Shown here piece after piece: positions 18,372 to 28,546 of a DNA stretch of 64,000 nt. How positions within the stretch are numbered: position 1 is the stretch's first letter; the number at the start of each line of letters is the position of its first letter. The notes under the pieces are model-generated. The model was not told the origin of the DNA, ran no database searches, and saw only the letters and a list, made by a program, of their open reading frames with translations. The position numbers were made by a program, and so were the translations under genes. This DNA is from a virus. Where the stretch lies: positions 133,026-197,025 of the IMG/VR virus record IMGVR_UViG_3300028392_000030; one strand, given 5' to 3'.

Positions 18372-19211
18372 CTAGGAGGCGGATTCGAAAAAACTTGTCA
18401 TGTCCAAAGTTATATTTTGTTTATATTTGTTTTGGCATTCTGGACATGTAAGATCTATGGGTTGCAGTTCAGCTTTATTTTTAAGCTCAATAATATGGTC
18501 TCGTACGCTGGTGAATATTTTACGATCGCAATTGTTCATTAGCTCTAAAATAAATTCAGATTCAGTGACCACAGCCTGCGGTGTTTTAACTGCGGCAATA
18601 CTTTGACACAAGGCCTGCACAGTAATTGTGGTCAAGCGTTTCAGTGCATCATTGATATTTTTTATCTTGTCTGTTTCTGGAGTTTCTGCGTCAGGAATCA
18701 TGGACATTATTTTTTGTTGCTCAAACTGCAATTGATTGTTGGCATTGAGATCTTGATAAGTCATAGGCCGGAAGAAAAATTCTAAATCGCCGTGCCGCAC
18801 ACTATTGTTGTAGTCTGGAGCCTGAATGCCGTCCAGCATCATTCGTAAATCGATTGTGAACTCGTGTTCATGATTGCAACTAGGACATTGGCTACCAGAA
18901 TCTAAATCATGTCCGTGACTGGCCAATCTAATACCAACCAAAATGGTGTCTACGTCTACTGCTGGGATTGCCCAGGCATTTTTTATGTTTGGCACACAGC
19001 TTTGTATTACATCAACCATGGCAGCTCCATTAAACAAAGCATCTGGTGTTCGATAGCTGATTTCGTCGATAGCAGTCATGGGCAACACAGGAATTTCTCC
19101 ATTTGGCGGCATATCCAACGTGCCAGGTGGATAAAAATTACCTTTACTGGGTAGCCGTATGTAAATTGACGGCTGTCTAAAATACTGTTTTAATGGGTTG
19201 TTTGATGTCAT
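18372..19211 (-). CDS. Baseplate hub assembly/tail chaperone, gp26-like
   Basis: NPLKQYFRQP.IYIRLPS.G, MTAIDEI, DVDTILVGIR.AS.G, and two CPxC zinc motifs. Confidence 0.7.
   Translation of the reverse strand: MTSNNPLKQYFRQPSIYIRLPSKGNFYPPGTLDMPPNGEIPVLPMTAIDEISYRTPDALFNGAAMVDVIQSCVPNIKNAWAIPAVDVDTILVGIRLASHGHDLDSGSQCPSCNHEHEFTIDLRMMLDGIQAPDYNNSVRHGDLEFFFRPMTYQDLNANNQLQFEQQKIMSMIPDAETPETDKIKNINDALKRLTTITVQALCQSIAAVKTPQAVVTESEFILELMNNCDRKIFTSVRDHIIELKNKAELQPIDLTCPECQNKYKQNITLDMTSFFESAS
18387..18393 (-). promoter_or_regulatory. Putative -1 programmed ribosomal frameshift slippery site, T TTT TTC
   Basis: Minus strand reads AGT TTT TTC GAA TCC GCC TCC TAG. The -1 frame reads TTT TTT CGA ATC CGC CTC CTA GCC TTG AAC TCT, continuous with ORF 18157-18369. 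Confidence 0.65.
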
Positions 19212-19234
19212 AAATTCCCTCGCTAAATATAATT

Positions 19235-21589
19235 ATGGCAAATGACGACTCCCTCAAAGAATTAGATGACTGGCTAGCCAGACAAAAAGAATCGTATGAA
19301 GCTGGCTATATTTCTGCAAAACAGTTGCACGAAGCAGAAATGGACCACGCAGCCGGCATACGAGGTTATACTGCACAGCTAAAACAAAGTATAGGTCAAC
19401 TGGGTACTAGTACCAAAGATACAATTAGCACCATGTCCAAAGGCCGAGATTCTACAGAGGCCTGGTCTAAAACAGTTGAGTCCGGTGCTGATGCAGTTGC
19501 TTCATACACATCAAAATTTGGCCCAGCCGGCAAAGCCATGGGCTTGTTGGCCAAATCAATTGCGGCCCTTAATACTGCGGCCCTGGCACAAAGTAAAGCA
19601 TTATTTGATCAATATCAAAAGTTAAGTCAAGTTGGTGTAGTTGGTGGCAAAGCCATGGACGAAGTCTATGAAAAAATGCGCCAATTTGGTTACACTCAAG
19701 ACCAACTGGGTAACTTAAATCAAGTTCTTACTGAGAACAGCAAAACACTAGGCAAGTTCTACGGCAGTGCGCTTGAAGGCAGCCGAGTCATGGGACGGGC
19801 TGCAGCCGGCTTTGAAGAACAGCGCGAGTCGATGAGAAGAATGGGTTTCACAGTCGATGACCTAAACGAGGGACTGGGTGCCTACATGCGTGAGCAAGGT
19901 GCGCTAGGAAAATTACGAGGGAAATCTGACAAAGAACTAGCTGAAGGCACAATATCTTATCTCAAAGAGCTGGATGCAGTGACCAAACTGACTGGATTGA
20001 ATCGCAAGGAACAAGAAGATCTTCGACAACAGGCTCTAAATATTGAAGCGTTCTATGCTACTCTTCAAGACATGGATCCAGCAGCTGCAAAAGAGGCCTT
20101 AAAAGCCTACGAACTAGCAGTGGTACAAGTTGGTCCTAAGATGGCTGCCGAACTTGCCGGTTCATTTGACGGAGTTATAACCGGCGGCACCGACATGATG
20201 ATGGCCACCGGTGGCGAGAGCATGAAGAAATTCAGCAAAGAGTTTTTTGAAGCTGGTGGAACTGCATCTCAATCCATGAAGGCACTTGGAGATTCTATTA
20301 CTCCAGAAACTGTAGAAGCTATCAAAGGCATAAACAAGCTCGGTGGCGCATTTGGACCAAATTTAAAAACAGTAACAGAATTTAAAGAAAGTGTTAAAAC
20401 TCTTACTGAAGATACTGAAAAGGTAACAACAGAACAAAAAAATCAACTAGACGGTCTAGATAGTGCAACCAAGAGTCAGGCCGCTATTGCTGAGAATCAA
20501 GTTAAAACAGCACAAAGAACAGCAGACTTTACCAATATATTTGTACCAGCAGCAACCAAGATACAAAAATGGGCCACTGATACAGCAGAGTTTACAAGTC
20601 GTATAATACCAGGCTCTTCTACCGGTGGTATATTTGGACTTGGGTCAAGAGGTGGTGGCGCATCAGGTGGTGGTGGTGGCTCTGCACCAGCAGGCGGTGG
20701 TGGTGGAACAGGAGCTCCGGCAGCTCCGGCAGCTCCGGGCAGTAGAGGTGGCAGTAGTGGTACACCTACAGCACCTGGAGCATCCTCGTCAAGCAGTAGC
20801 GCACCTCCATCGGGGCAAGGTGCCGATGCTGGTTCTTATAGTAGGTCAGGCGGAGGTCTAGGAGCACCTCCATCAATGCAACAAGCATCAACTGGCGGAA
20901 TGAGTGATGATGATATTAAAAAGATGATCATCAGGCACGAAGGTATACGTAACAAACCCTATCAAGACAGTTTAGGATTGTGGACAGTGGGTGTCGGACA
21001 TTTAATTGGTGACGGCAAAACGCTACCACCAGAATGGAATAGAGAATTTTCCAACGATGAAATAATGAAAATGTTTAATGATGACTATGCTAGTCATCGA
21101 TTGGCAGCACAACGAATACCCAGTTTTGACAAGTTAAACACCAAAGGACAAGCTGCGTTAACTGACTTGACTTTTAACATGGGCAACAGTTGGATTGACA
21201 AATGGCCCATGTTAAAAAAGCAGTTGGCATCAAACGATGTTGCAGCCGCCGCTGCAAATTTAGAAAGTAGCAAGTGGTATGGTCAAGTGGGCAACCGTGC
21301 TCCTACAGTGGTAGATTTATTGAGAAATGGCGCTGCTACTGCTGAGGGAGGTGCTGCGTTTTCTGGTCCAAAATCTGGATATTCTGCTGTGTTACACGGT
21401 GATGAAGCAGTGATACCACTTAATAATAACAGTGGAAATTTTATAAAAATGTTTGAATCCATGGCCAGCACCAATCAACGTATTGTTTCTTTGTTGGAAG
21501 AAACTTTAGATGTGCAATCAAGTATAGCGTCAGCAACCAAGAATACTGCTGACAGCAGTGGCAAAATGTTGCACTACGCACAAGGTTAA
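19235..21589 (+). CDS. Tape measure-like protein with C-terminal T4-type (GH24) lysozyme domain
   Basis: Helical Ala/Lys/Glu-rich N-terminal region, Gly/Ser/Pro linker, then IIRHEGIRNKPYQDSLGLWTVGVGHLI (E-x8-D-x5-T). Adjacent to the tail chaperone genes. Confidence 0.75.
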   Translation: MANDDSLKELDDWLARQKESYEAGYISAKQLHEAEMDHAAGIRGYTAQLKQSIGQLGTSTKDTISTMSKGRDSTEAWSKTVESGADAVASYTSKFGPAGKAMGLLAKSIAALNTAALAQSKALFDQYQKLSQVGVVGGKAMDEVYEKMRQFGYTQDQLGNLNQVLTENSKTLGKFYGSALEGSRVMGRAAAGFEEQRESMRRMGFTVDDLNEGLGAYMREQGALGKLRGKSDKELAEGTISYLKELDAVTKLTGLNRKEQEDLRQQALNIEAFYATLQDMDPAAAKEALKAYELAVVQVGPKMAAELAGSFDGVITGGTDMMMATGGESMKKFSKEFFEAGGTASQSMKALGDSITPETVEAIKGINKLGGAFGPNLKTVTEFKESVKTLTEDTEKVTTEQKNQLDGLDSATKSQAAIAENQVKTAQRTADFTNIFVPAATKIQKWATDTAEFTSRIIPGSSTGGIFGLGSRGGGASGGGGGSAPAGGGGGTGAPAAPAAPGSRGGSSGTPTAPGASSSSSSAPPSGQGADAGSYSRSGGGLGAPPSMQQASTGGMSDDDIKKMIIRHEGIRNKPYQDSLGLWTVGVGHLIGDGKTLPPEWNREFSNDEIMKMFNDDYASHRLAAQRIPSFDKLNTKGQAALTDLTFNMGNSWIDKWPMLKKQLASNDVAAAAANLESSKWYGQVGNRAPTVVDLLRNGAATAEGGAAFSGPKSGYSAVLHGDEAVIPLNNNSGNFIKMFESMASTNQRIVSLLEETLDVQSSIASATKNTADSSGKMLHYAQG

Positions 21590-21605
21590 CGGTAAATATA
21601 CGACC

Positions 21606-23444
21606 ATGGCAGATAATCAAAACACTCGCAAACCCGGTTGGAAAAAGTATTTTAAAGTAGCAAACACCGGCGGCCAACTGAGTCCAATTTCAGGACAAAA
21701 CCAATTTGGTCTAGACGGATATCCTAGACAAACAGGCGGAGACTACACAGGCGGAACACCAAACGACTTTGCATTCCGCAACTATGCTAGTAGATTGCCC
21801 GAAGTATATTCAGGACATCCTAACCGAATTGAACGCTATAATCAATATGAAAACATGGACTGCGATTCGGAAGTCAATGCCTGTTTGGATATCATTGCTG
21901 AGTTTTCAACACAGGTCAATGAAGACAACAAAACTCCATTTGATATCAATTTTACAGACAAGCCTACTGATCACGAAGTAGAAATTGTTAAAAAACAGCT
22001 ACAGCAGTGGACCAAATTAAACAAACTAGATCAACGAATTTTTAAATTGTTCCGCAATACTATCAAGTATGGCGATCAGGTGTTTGTGCGTGATCCAGAA
22101 ACATTTGAAATGATGTGGGTTGACATGGTCAAAGTAGCCCGTGTGATTGTAAATGAAAGTGAAGGCAAACGCCCGGAGCAATACATTATTCGTGACATTA
22201 ACCCTAACTTTCAAAACATGAGTGTAGCACAAAAGACTACCAGTGATTACTATGTGAGTCGTGCCACTGGATCAGCTGGCGGCGGATCAAATTATACCTC
22301 TCCTGGCGGCGGCGGCGCAGGTGGTGGTACTGGCAACGGCGGAGTAGGCAACAGTCGCTTTACACAGGCCATGAACGAAACTTGTATTGATGCACGACAT
22401 GTGGTGCATCTTAGCCTTAATGAAGGACTGGATTTTTTCTGGCCATTTGGACAAAGTATCCTGGAAAACATTTTCAAAGTATTCAAACAAAAAGAACTGC
22501 TAGAAGATTCGGTCCTGATCTATCGTGTGCAACGTGCTCCAGAACGTAGAATTTTTAAAATTGACGTAGGCAATATGCCCAGCCATATGGCCATGCAGTT
22601 TGTGGAACGTGTCAAAAACGAAATGCATCAACGTCGTATTCCTACTAATACTGGTGGTGGAGCCAACATGATGGATGCCAGTTATAATCCGTTGAGCATT
22701 AACGAAGATTACTTCTTTCCAGTTAGTGCTGACAGCCGCGGCAGTGATGTTACTACATTGCCCGGCGGTGCTAATCTAGGTGAAATTGACGATTTAAAAT
22801 ACTTTAATAACAAAATGGCCCGTGGTTTGCGTGTGCCTTCCAGCTACTTGCCCACAGGCCCAGACGACTCAGACCGTGCTATGAATGACGGAAAAGTAGG
22901 CACAGCACTTATCCAAGAATATCGCTTTAATCAATACTGTATGCGCCTACAACGCCTGATTATGCAGAAATTAGACGACGAGTTCAAAATGTTCTTGCAT
23001 TGGAGAGGCTTTAATATTGATTCAGGAATTTTTAGTATTAGCCTTTGTGAGCCACAAAACTTTGCCAGTTATCGTCAAAGCGAACTAGACACCAGTCGTA
23101 TTTCGTCATTTGCAGCTATTGAACCTTTGCCATACATGAGCAAGCGTTTTATGATGAAACGTTACTTAGGCCTAACTGAAGAAGAAATTGTAGAAAACGA
23201 AACAATGTGGCAAGAAGAGCGTGATCAACCTGAGTTAGAAACTACACAAGGTCAGGATTTACGCAGTATTGGTATTACACCAGCTGGACTAGAAAGTGAC
23301 ATTGCTACAGGTGAAGAAATAACCGGTGCTGATGCTGCAGGTGGACCAGAGGGTGGTATGCCTGGAGCACCCTCTACAGCACCTGGAACTGCTGGCACTG
23401 CCGGAGCACCGCCTCCAACCGCTGGTGGTGTGCCTGGCGTATAA
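21606..23444 (+). CDS. Portal protein, gp20-like
   Basis: YENMDCDSEVNACLDII, EDSVLIYRVQRAPERRIFKIDVGNMP, EDYFFP, LPGGANLGEIDD. Start at ATG 21606, 7 nt after TAAATA. Confidence 0.92.
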   Translation: MADNQNTRKPGWKKYFKVANTGGQLSPISGQNQFGLDGYPRQTGGDYTGGTPNDFAFRNYASRLPEVYSGHPNRIERYNQYENMDCDSEVNACLDIIAEFSTQVNEDNKTPFDINFTDKPTDHEVEIVKKQLQQWTKLNKLDQRIFKLFRNTIKYGDQVFVRDPETFEMMWVDMVKVARVIVNESEGKRPEQYIIRDINPNFQNMSVAQKTTSDYYVSRATGSAGGGSNYTSPGGGGAGGGTGNGGVGNSRFTQAMNETCIDARHVVHLSLNEGLDFFWPFGQSILENIFKVFKQKELLEDSVLIYRVQRAPERRIFKIDVGNMPSHMAMQFVERVKNEMHQRRIPTNTGGGANMMDASYNPLSINEDYFFPVSADSRGSDVTTLPGGANLGEIDDLKYFNNKMARGLRVPSSYLPTGPDDSDRAMNDGKVGTALIQEYRFNQYCMRLQRLIMQKLDDEFKMFLHWRGFNIDSGIFSISLCEPQNFASYRQSELDTSRISSFAAIEPLPYMSKRFMMKRYLGLTEEEIVENETMWQEERDQPELETTQGQDLRSIGITPAGLESDIATGEEITGADAAGGPEGGMPGAPSTAPGTAGTAGAPPPTAGGVPGV

Positions 23445-23452
23445 ATACTAGC

Positions 23453-23674
23453 ATGATTCTCAACGAAATATACAAAAAAAGTCCTGAAGCTTATCAGGAT
23501 GTCGGCCAAGATAACAGTCAACCACAACTGGGTAATCTTCGCAAAACTCGTCTGACTTTGCGTCAGCTTAACAAACTACGTCAGATGCAAGATGTGCGTA
23601 GTTACGAGTATAAAGAAAAACTTAAACAAGTTAAGAAACAATATGCACCCGCCCCGGCTGCTCCTGGACTATAG
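23453..23674 (+). CDS. Small head-associated protein
   Basis: 73 aa between portal and core genes; N-terminal MILNE; own TAAATA box. Confidence 0.6.
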   Translation: MILNEIYKKSPEAYQDVGQDNSQPQLGNLRKTRLTLRQLNKLRQMQDVRSYEYKEKLKQVKKQYAPAPAAPGL

Positions 23675-23780
23675 TTACCTGTAACATAATAGTCAAATAT
23701 ACTCACTTTTCCACCTCAAAACTACCAATATTATAAGTTAGATGTAAATATCTAACGAGCCATAACCATTGGAGGAACAT

Positions 23781-24623
23781 ATGACTAATAAATTTGAACA
23801 ATTGATCGAATACGTGATCAATGATGAAGAAGCGAAAGCTAAAGAACTATTCCACGACATCGTGGTAGAAAAATCCCGTGAAATCTATGAAAATTTGATG
23901 AACGAGGAAGAGCAAGATGAAGAAGAGTTAGACGAATCTGAAGAAGATGATTCTGAAGAAGAACTTGACGAAAACATGATGGGCGGCGACGCCAGTGACG
24001 ACTTGATCGACGATGTTGAAGCTGAAGAACAAGGCATGCAAGAAGATGAAGAGTCTGATGCAGAATTTGATGATGCTGCTGAAGAAGACGGCGAAGATTT
24101 AACACACGACATGGAAATGGACCACGACGAAGACAGCGGTGACATCGAAGATCGCGTGGTTGATTTAGAAGACAAGTTAGACGAATTAATGGCTGAATTT
24201 GAAGCTATCATGGGCGGCAATGAAGGCGGTGACAGTGTATCCGATATTGACGGCGGCGACGCTTTAGAAATGGACGACACAGACACAGCTGACTTTGGCG
24301 ACATGGACGAAACCATGGGCATGATGGAAAATGTAACGTTAGACAAAGTTCCTGCTCCTAAGCATGGTGACGATGGTGCTAACAATAAAAGCGTAGTTGC
24401 TTTTAACAGTGGTGCTAAAGGCATGGCAGCAAGCCCAGTCAAAATGACTGGTGACACAGCTCAAGGCCGTAGTGCTCCAAAAACTGGTGACTTGCCACAA
24501 GCAGGCCAGTTTAAAAATGTACCAGGCAAAGGCGGCGCCAACTCCAAGTTGAGTGCAGCTCCGAAGCCTACTACAGCTCAAGCCAGTGGTGTGAATACAA
24601 AATCACCAGTTGGTAAAGCGTAA
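23781..24623 (+). CDS. Acidic prohead core protein (gp67/gp68-like position)
   Basis: Extremely Asp/Glu-rich; GGAGG SD before ATG 23781; lies between portal and protease. Confidence 0.6.
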   Translation: MTNKFEQLIEYVINDEEAKAKELFHDIVVEKSREIYENLMNEEEQDEEELDESEEDDSEEELDENMMGGDASDDLIDDVEAEEQGMQEDEESDAEFDDAAEEDGEDLTHDMEMDHDEDSGDIEDRVVDLEDKLDELMAEFEAIMGGNEGGDSVSDIDGGDALEMDDTDTADFGDMDETMGMMENVTLDKVPAPKHGDDGANNKSVVAFNSGAKGMAASPVKMTGDTAQGRSAPKTGDLPQAGQFKNVPGKGGANSKLSAAPKPTTAQASGVNTKSPVGKA

Positions 24624-24632
24624 TCCAGAGAT

Positions 24633-25277
24633 ATGGCTCGATATCTAAAAGAACATCTAAGCTTCACTCAGGCAGGTCTTGAAATCCTGTCTGAGGAAGC
24701 CCACGATGGCAGCAAAACCTTAAAGCTAAAAGGTGTTTGCATAGAAGGCGGCGTTAGAAATGCCAACGAACGAGTATATCCTGTAAATGAAATTGCCAAG
24801 GCAGTTGACACTATTAACGAACAAATTAAAACAGGTCATTCAGTTTTAGGCGAAGTTGATCATCCAGAAGATTTAAAAATTAACCTGGATCGTGTGAGCC
24901 ACATGATTGAAAAAATGTGGATGGACGGCCCTGCTGGAATGGGCACGTTAAAGATATTACCTACACCGATGGGCAAACTGGTTGAAACCATGTTGACTAA
25001 CGGTGTAAAACTAGGGGTTAGTAGTCGTGGATCAGGAAATGTCGACGACAGAACCGGACATGTCAGTGACTTTGAAATTGTCACTGTAGATGTGGTTGCT
25101 CAGCCGAGTGCTCCAAATGCATATCCCACAGCAATTTATGAAGGCCTTTTGAATCACAAAGGCGGACAACGATTGTTGGATATGTTCAAAGACCCAGCTA
25201 AGAGCGGCAAAGCACAGAGATACGTCAAAGACGAAGTAATGCGTCTGATACGTGGTCTCAAGATTGAAGGGAAATAA
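24633..25277 (+). CDS. Prohead protease, gp21-like
   Basis: NANERVYP, LGEVDHP, GVSSRGSG, DVVAQPSAPNAY motifs. Confidence 0.92.
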   Translation: MARYLKEHLSFTQAGLEILSEEAHDGSKTLKLKGVCIEGGVRNANERVYPVNEIAKAVDTINEQIKTGHSVLGEVDHPEDLKINLDRVSHMIEKMWMDGPAGMGTLKILPTPMGKLVETMLTNGVKLGVSSRGSGNVDDRTGHVSDFEIVTVDVVAQPSAPNAYPTAIYEGLLNHKGGQRLLDMFKDPAKSGKAQRYVKDEVMRLIRGLKIEGK

Positions 25278-25278
25278 T

Positions 25279-26379
25279 ATGCTAGATGCTATTAAACCGT
25301 TACTAGATAGCGACCTTATCAACGAAGAAGCTCAACAACAGATCTCAGAAGCTTGGGAAGCAAAGTTGAACGAAGCTCGTGAACAGGTACGTGCAGAACT
25401 CCGAGAAGAGTTTGCACAACGCTATGAGCATGACAAACAAGTGATGGTGGAAGCCCTGGATCGTATGATAACAGATGGACTTACTGCAGAGCTTGATCAA
25501 GTGAAAGCTGAAAAGCAAGCACTTGCTGAAGATCGCGTTAAATTTCAAGGCAAAATGAAAGAGTCAGCTACAAAGTTCAACAACTTTATGGTGACAAAAC
25601 TTGCTGAAGAAATTGGCGAACTGCGTAAAGACCGCAAGATGCACACAGAAGGTGTCCAGAAATTGGAAAACTTTGTGGTTCATGCTCTTGCACGTGAGAT
25701 TCAAGAATTTGCAACAGACAAACAAGACGTGGTCAACACTAAGGTTCGTTTGGTGCGCGAAGCTCGCAAACAATTGGAAACACTCAAAGCACGTTTCGTT
25801 ACAGAAAGCGCCAAGAAGATGTCCAGTGCTGTTAGCACACACCTCAAGGCTGAACTCAGTCAGTTACAAGAAGACATCAAAGTTGCTCGCGAGAACAATT
25901 TTGGACGTCGTATTTTTGAAGCGTATGCAAGTGAATTTGGTGCAACTCACCTAAATGAGAAGCAAGAAGTTCGCAAGTTGCATGATACAATCGCCGCCAA
26001 GGATGCTAAACTGTCTGAAGCCATCAAATTCGCCCAGAGAGCAAAAACTCTAGTCGAATCCAAAGAACGCGAAATGCGTATACTTAAAGAATCTAATCAG
26101 CGTGAAGCTGCTTTAGAGGAACTGTTGGCTCCTTTAAACAAGGAAAAAGCAGAAGTAATGCGTAATTTGCTTGAAAGTGTCCAGACAAGTCGCTTGTCGA
26201 ATGCTTTTGAAAAGTATCTACCAGCAGTTTTAGAAGACCGCTCAGTAAAAGCCAAAAAAGTAATTACTGAAACGTTCAACGAAGCAACTGGCGATAAATC
26301 TGCCCGCAGTCCAGATGCAGATCAACAAGCTGATAATACCAGCAATGTGATCGATCTAAAGCGTTTGGCAGGGCTGTAA
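25279..26379 (+). CDS. Prohead scaffold protein, gp22-like
   Basis: Long coiled coil between protease and capsid genes; C-terminal IDLKRLAGL. Confidence 0.8.
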   Translation: MLDAIKPLLDSDLINEEAQQQISEAWEAKLNEAREQVRAELREEFAQRYEHDKQVMVEALDRMITDGLTAELDQVKAEKQALAEDRVKFQGKMKESATKFNNFMVTKLAEEIGELRKDRKMHTEGVQKLENFVVHALAREIQEFATDKQDVVNTKVRLVREARKQLETLKARFVTESAKKMSSAVSTHLKAELSQLQEDIKVARENNFGRRIFEAYASEFGATHLNEKQEVRKLHDTIAAKDAKLSEAIKFAQRAKTLVESKEREMRILKESNQREAALEELLAPLNKEKAEVMRNLLESVQTSRLSNAFEKYLPAVLEDRSVKAKKVITETFNEATGDKSARSPDADQQADNTSNVIDLKRLAGL

Positions 26380-26406
26380 TTTAAGATATAATAAAAGGAG
26401 ACTTAA

Positions 26407-27603
26407 ATGTCACAAGAATTATTAGAAGGTCGTTGGGACGAAACTAAAGACGCACTCTTGGAAGGCCTTTCTGGTTCCAAGCGCACGTCTATGAGTGTAA
26501 TCCTTGAAAATACCAAGAAGTATTTGCGTGAGAACGCATCTTCTGGTTCTACAGTATCTGGTAACATCGCTACATTAAACCGTGTGATTCTGCCAGTTAT
26601 TCGTCGTGTTATGCCAACTGTTATTGCTAACGAGTTGGTTGGCGTTCAGCCAATGACAGGACCTGTAGGTCAAATCCACACATTACGTGTTCGCTATGCA
26701 CAGAGCTTAACAGACAACTCAGCAGCCGCTACCAGCGTCCAAGCTGGTTCTGAAGCTTTGAGTCCATTCACAATTGCTACAGCGTATTCTACAGTTCCAC
26801 AGAATACTACTACTGCTACTGGTTACACTGGTAACAACACAGCAACTATGGAAGGTACAGGCGGTAAGCAAATTTCCGTTCAGATCTTGAAACAAGCTGT
26901 TGAAGCTAAGACACGCAAGTTACAAGCTCGTTGGACTTTTGAATCTGCACAAGATGCACAAGCCATGCACGGTATTGACGTTGAAGCAGAAATTATGGCT
27001 GCTTTGGCTCAAGAGATTACCGCCGAGATCGACCAAGAAATTCTCTTGTCACTCAGCACATTGGCCGCAACAGAGTATACATACAACCAAGCTACCGTTT
27101 CTGGTACAGCTACATTCGTTGGTGACGAACACGCCGCTTTGGCAGTGTTGATCAACCGTGTCGCTAACTTGATCGCTCAACGCACACGTCGTGGTGCTGG
27201 TAATTGGGCTGTTGTTTCTCCAGCTAGTTTGACAGTGTTGCAATCTGCAACAACTTCTGCTTTTGCTCGCACAACAGAAGGCACATTCGAAGCACCTACA
27301 AACACCAAGTTTGTTGGTACATTGAACGGTGCAATGCGTGTGTTTGTTAACTCTTATGCTTCTGATACAGCCTCTGTATTGGTTGGCTATAAGGGCACAA
27401 GCGAAGCTGATGCCGCAGCGTTCTATTGCCCATACATTCCGTTGATGAGCAGTGGCGTTGTTCTTGATCCATCAACCTTCGAACCAGTCGTGTCATTCAT
27501 GACACGTTATGGATTTGTCGAGTTGACCAACACAGCATCCAGCTTCGGTAACGCAGCTGACTATGTTGGCGAGATCGCAGTTCAGAACTTGTCATTCTCC
27601 TAA
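26407..27603 (+). CDS. Major capsid protein, gp23-like
   Basis: RRVMPTVIANELVGVQPMTGPVGQI, AKTRKLQARWT.E.AQD, EIDQEI, FYCPYIPL, MTRYG; AAGGAG SD. Confidence 0.95.
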   Translation: MSQELLEGRWDETKDALLEGLSGSKRTSMSVILENTKKYLRENASSGSTVSGNIATLNRVILPVIRRVMPTVIANELVGVQPMTGPVGQIHTLRVRYAQSLTDNSAAATSVQAGSEALSPFTIATAYSTVPQNTTTATGYTGNNTATMEGTGGKQISVQILKQAVEAKTRKLQARWTFESAQDAQAMHGIDVEAEIMAALAQEITAEIDQEILLSLSTLAATEYTYNQATVSGTATFVGDEHAALAVLINRVANLIAQRTRRGAGNWAVVSPASLTVLQSATTSAFARTTEGTFEAPTNTKFVGTLNGAMRVFVNSYASDTASVLVGYKGTSEADAAAFYCPYIPLMSSGVVLDPSTFEPVVSFMTRYGFVELTNTASSFGNAADYVGEIAVQNLSFS

Positions 27604-27642
27604 TCAGAGACCGCAACTTTCTCAGGGATGGGAAGGAAAATC

Positions 27643-27668
27643 AAAAAAGCGCCGAAAGGCGCTTTTTT
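27643..27668 (+). terminator. Rho-independent terminator after the major capsid gene
   Basis: AAAAAAGCGCC-GAAA-GGCGCTTTTTT. Confidence 0.85.
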
Positions 27669-27700
27669 GTTGGTTGTAGTTTTAGTTGCTAAGTAGATTT

Positions 27701-28546
27701 ATGAACTATTCAATGTTGGTTACAACCTTTAAAAATGATATCAAGCAGTTTCAAATGTTTTGTTATTGCATGAACAAAAATTGGAAAGGAAAGCGCGAAC
27801 TGACTGTATGTATAGGATCGTGCGAAAAATCTAAACCGTACTGGGACATTGTTAATACAATGTTTGACCAAGATTGGAAAATTAAAATTTGTCCAAGTGT
27901 AGATATCTATCAAATTGGAGTTACAGAACAACAGGTCAACACGGTATACTACAGTATTGACACCGGAGCAGATGATGTTATTGTATGGGATTGTAAAGAT
28001 TTTTTACTGAGGCCTTGCGATTATAATACATTTAAAAAAGATCACAAGTATCGAATCACCTATCATTGTCAAGGGGAAAAACTTGTAGATATGGGTTATG
28101 ACCTAAATGGATTAGTTGATCAACCTATTGACTATTACACTACTATCTTAAATATTCGTCCTTGGGTTTGGAATGTGCAACAATTAAAAAAATATTGGGA
28201 TAGATTGCAAGAACGATTTGGACATTATCACACCTGGGGTGAATATCCTGCAGGAAATGAAATTTATGGTTACTATATTTTTACTTTGCAGGATCCAACA
28301 AGCACAGTTGAATTCGCATCACACGAGGAAACACCGTTATTGTTTGGTGGAGGATATACTCACCAAACGTATGAGGCCATGCTGAAAGAAGTTGGTGATT
28401 TTGAGAAAAATACGGACCGTGTGGTTTGGAAGCACAGTCGTAAATTAGAAGATCCAAGATGTTTGGAGGTCACAAGACAGGTTTTAGACAAGTATGGAAT
28501 TGACAAAGAAATAGTCGAAATGATTTATGGAAAAGCAATAAGTTAA
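27701..28546 (+). CDS. Hypothetical protein, possibly nucleotide-sugar transferase-like
   Basis: DDVIVWDCKDFLLRP resembles a DxD/DxK glycosyltransferase-type segment; weak. Confidence 0.45.
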   Translation: MNYSMLVTTFKNDIKQFQMFCYCMNKNWKGKRELTVCIGSCEKSKPYWDIVNTMFDQDWKIKICPSVDIYQIGVTEQQVNTVYYSIDTGADDVIVWDCKDFLLRPCDYNTFKKDHKYRITYHCQGEKLVDMGYDLNGLVDQPIDYYTTILNIRPWVWNVQQLKKYWDRLQERFGHYHTWGEYPAGNEIYGYYIFTLQDPTSTVEFASHEETPLLFGGGYTHQTYEAMLKEVGDFEKNTDRVVWKHSRKLEDPRCLEVTRQVLDKYGIDKEIVEMIYGKAIS

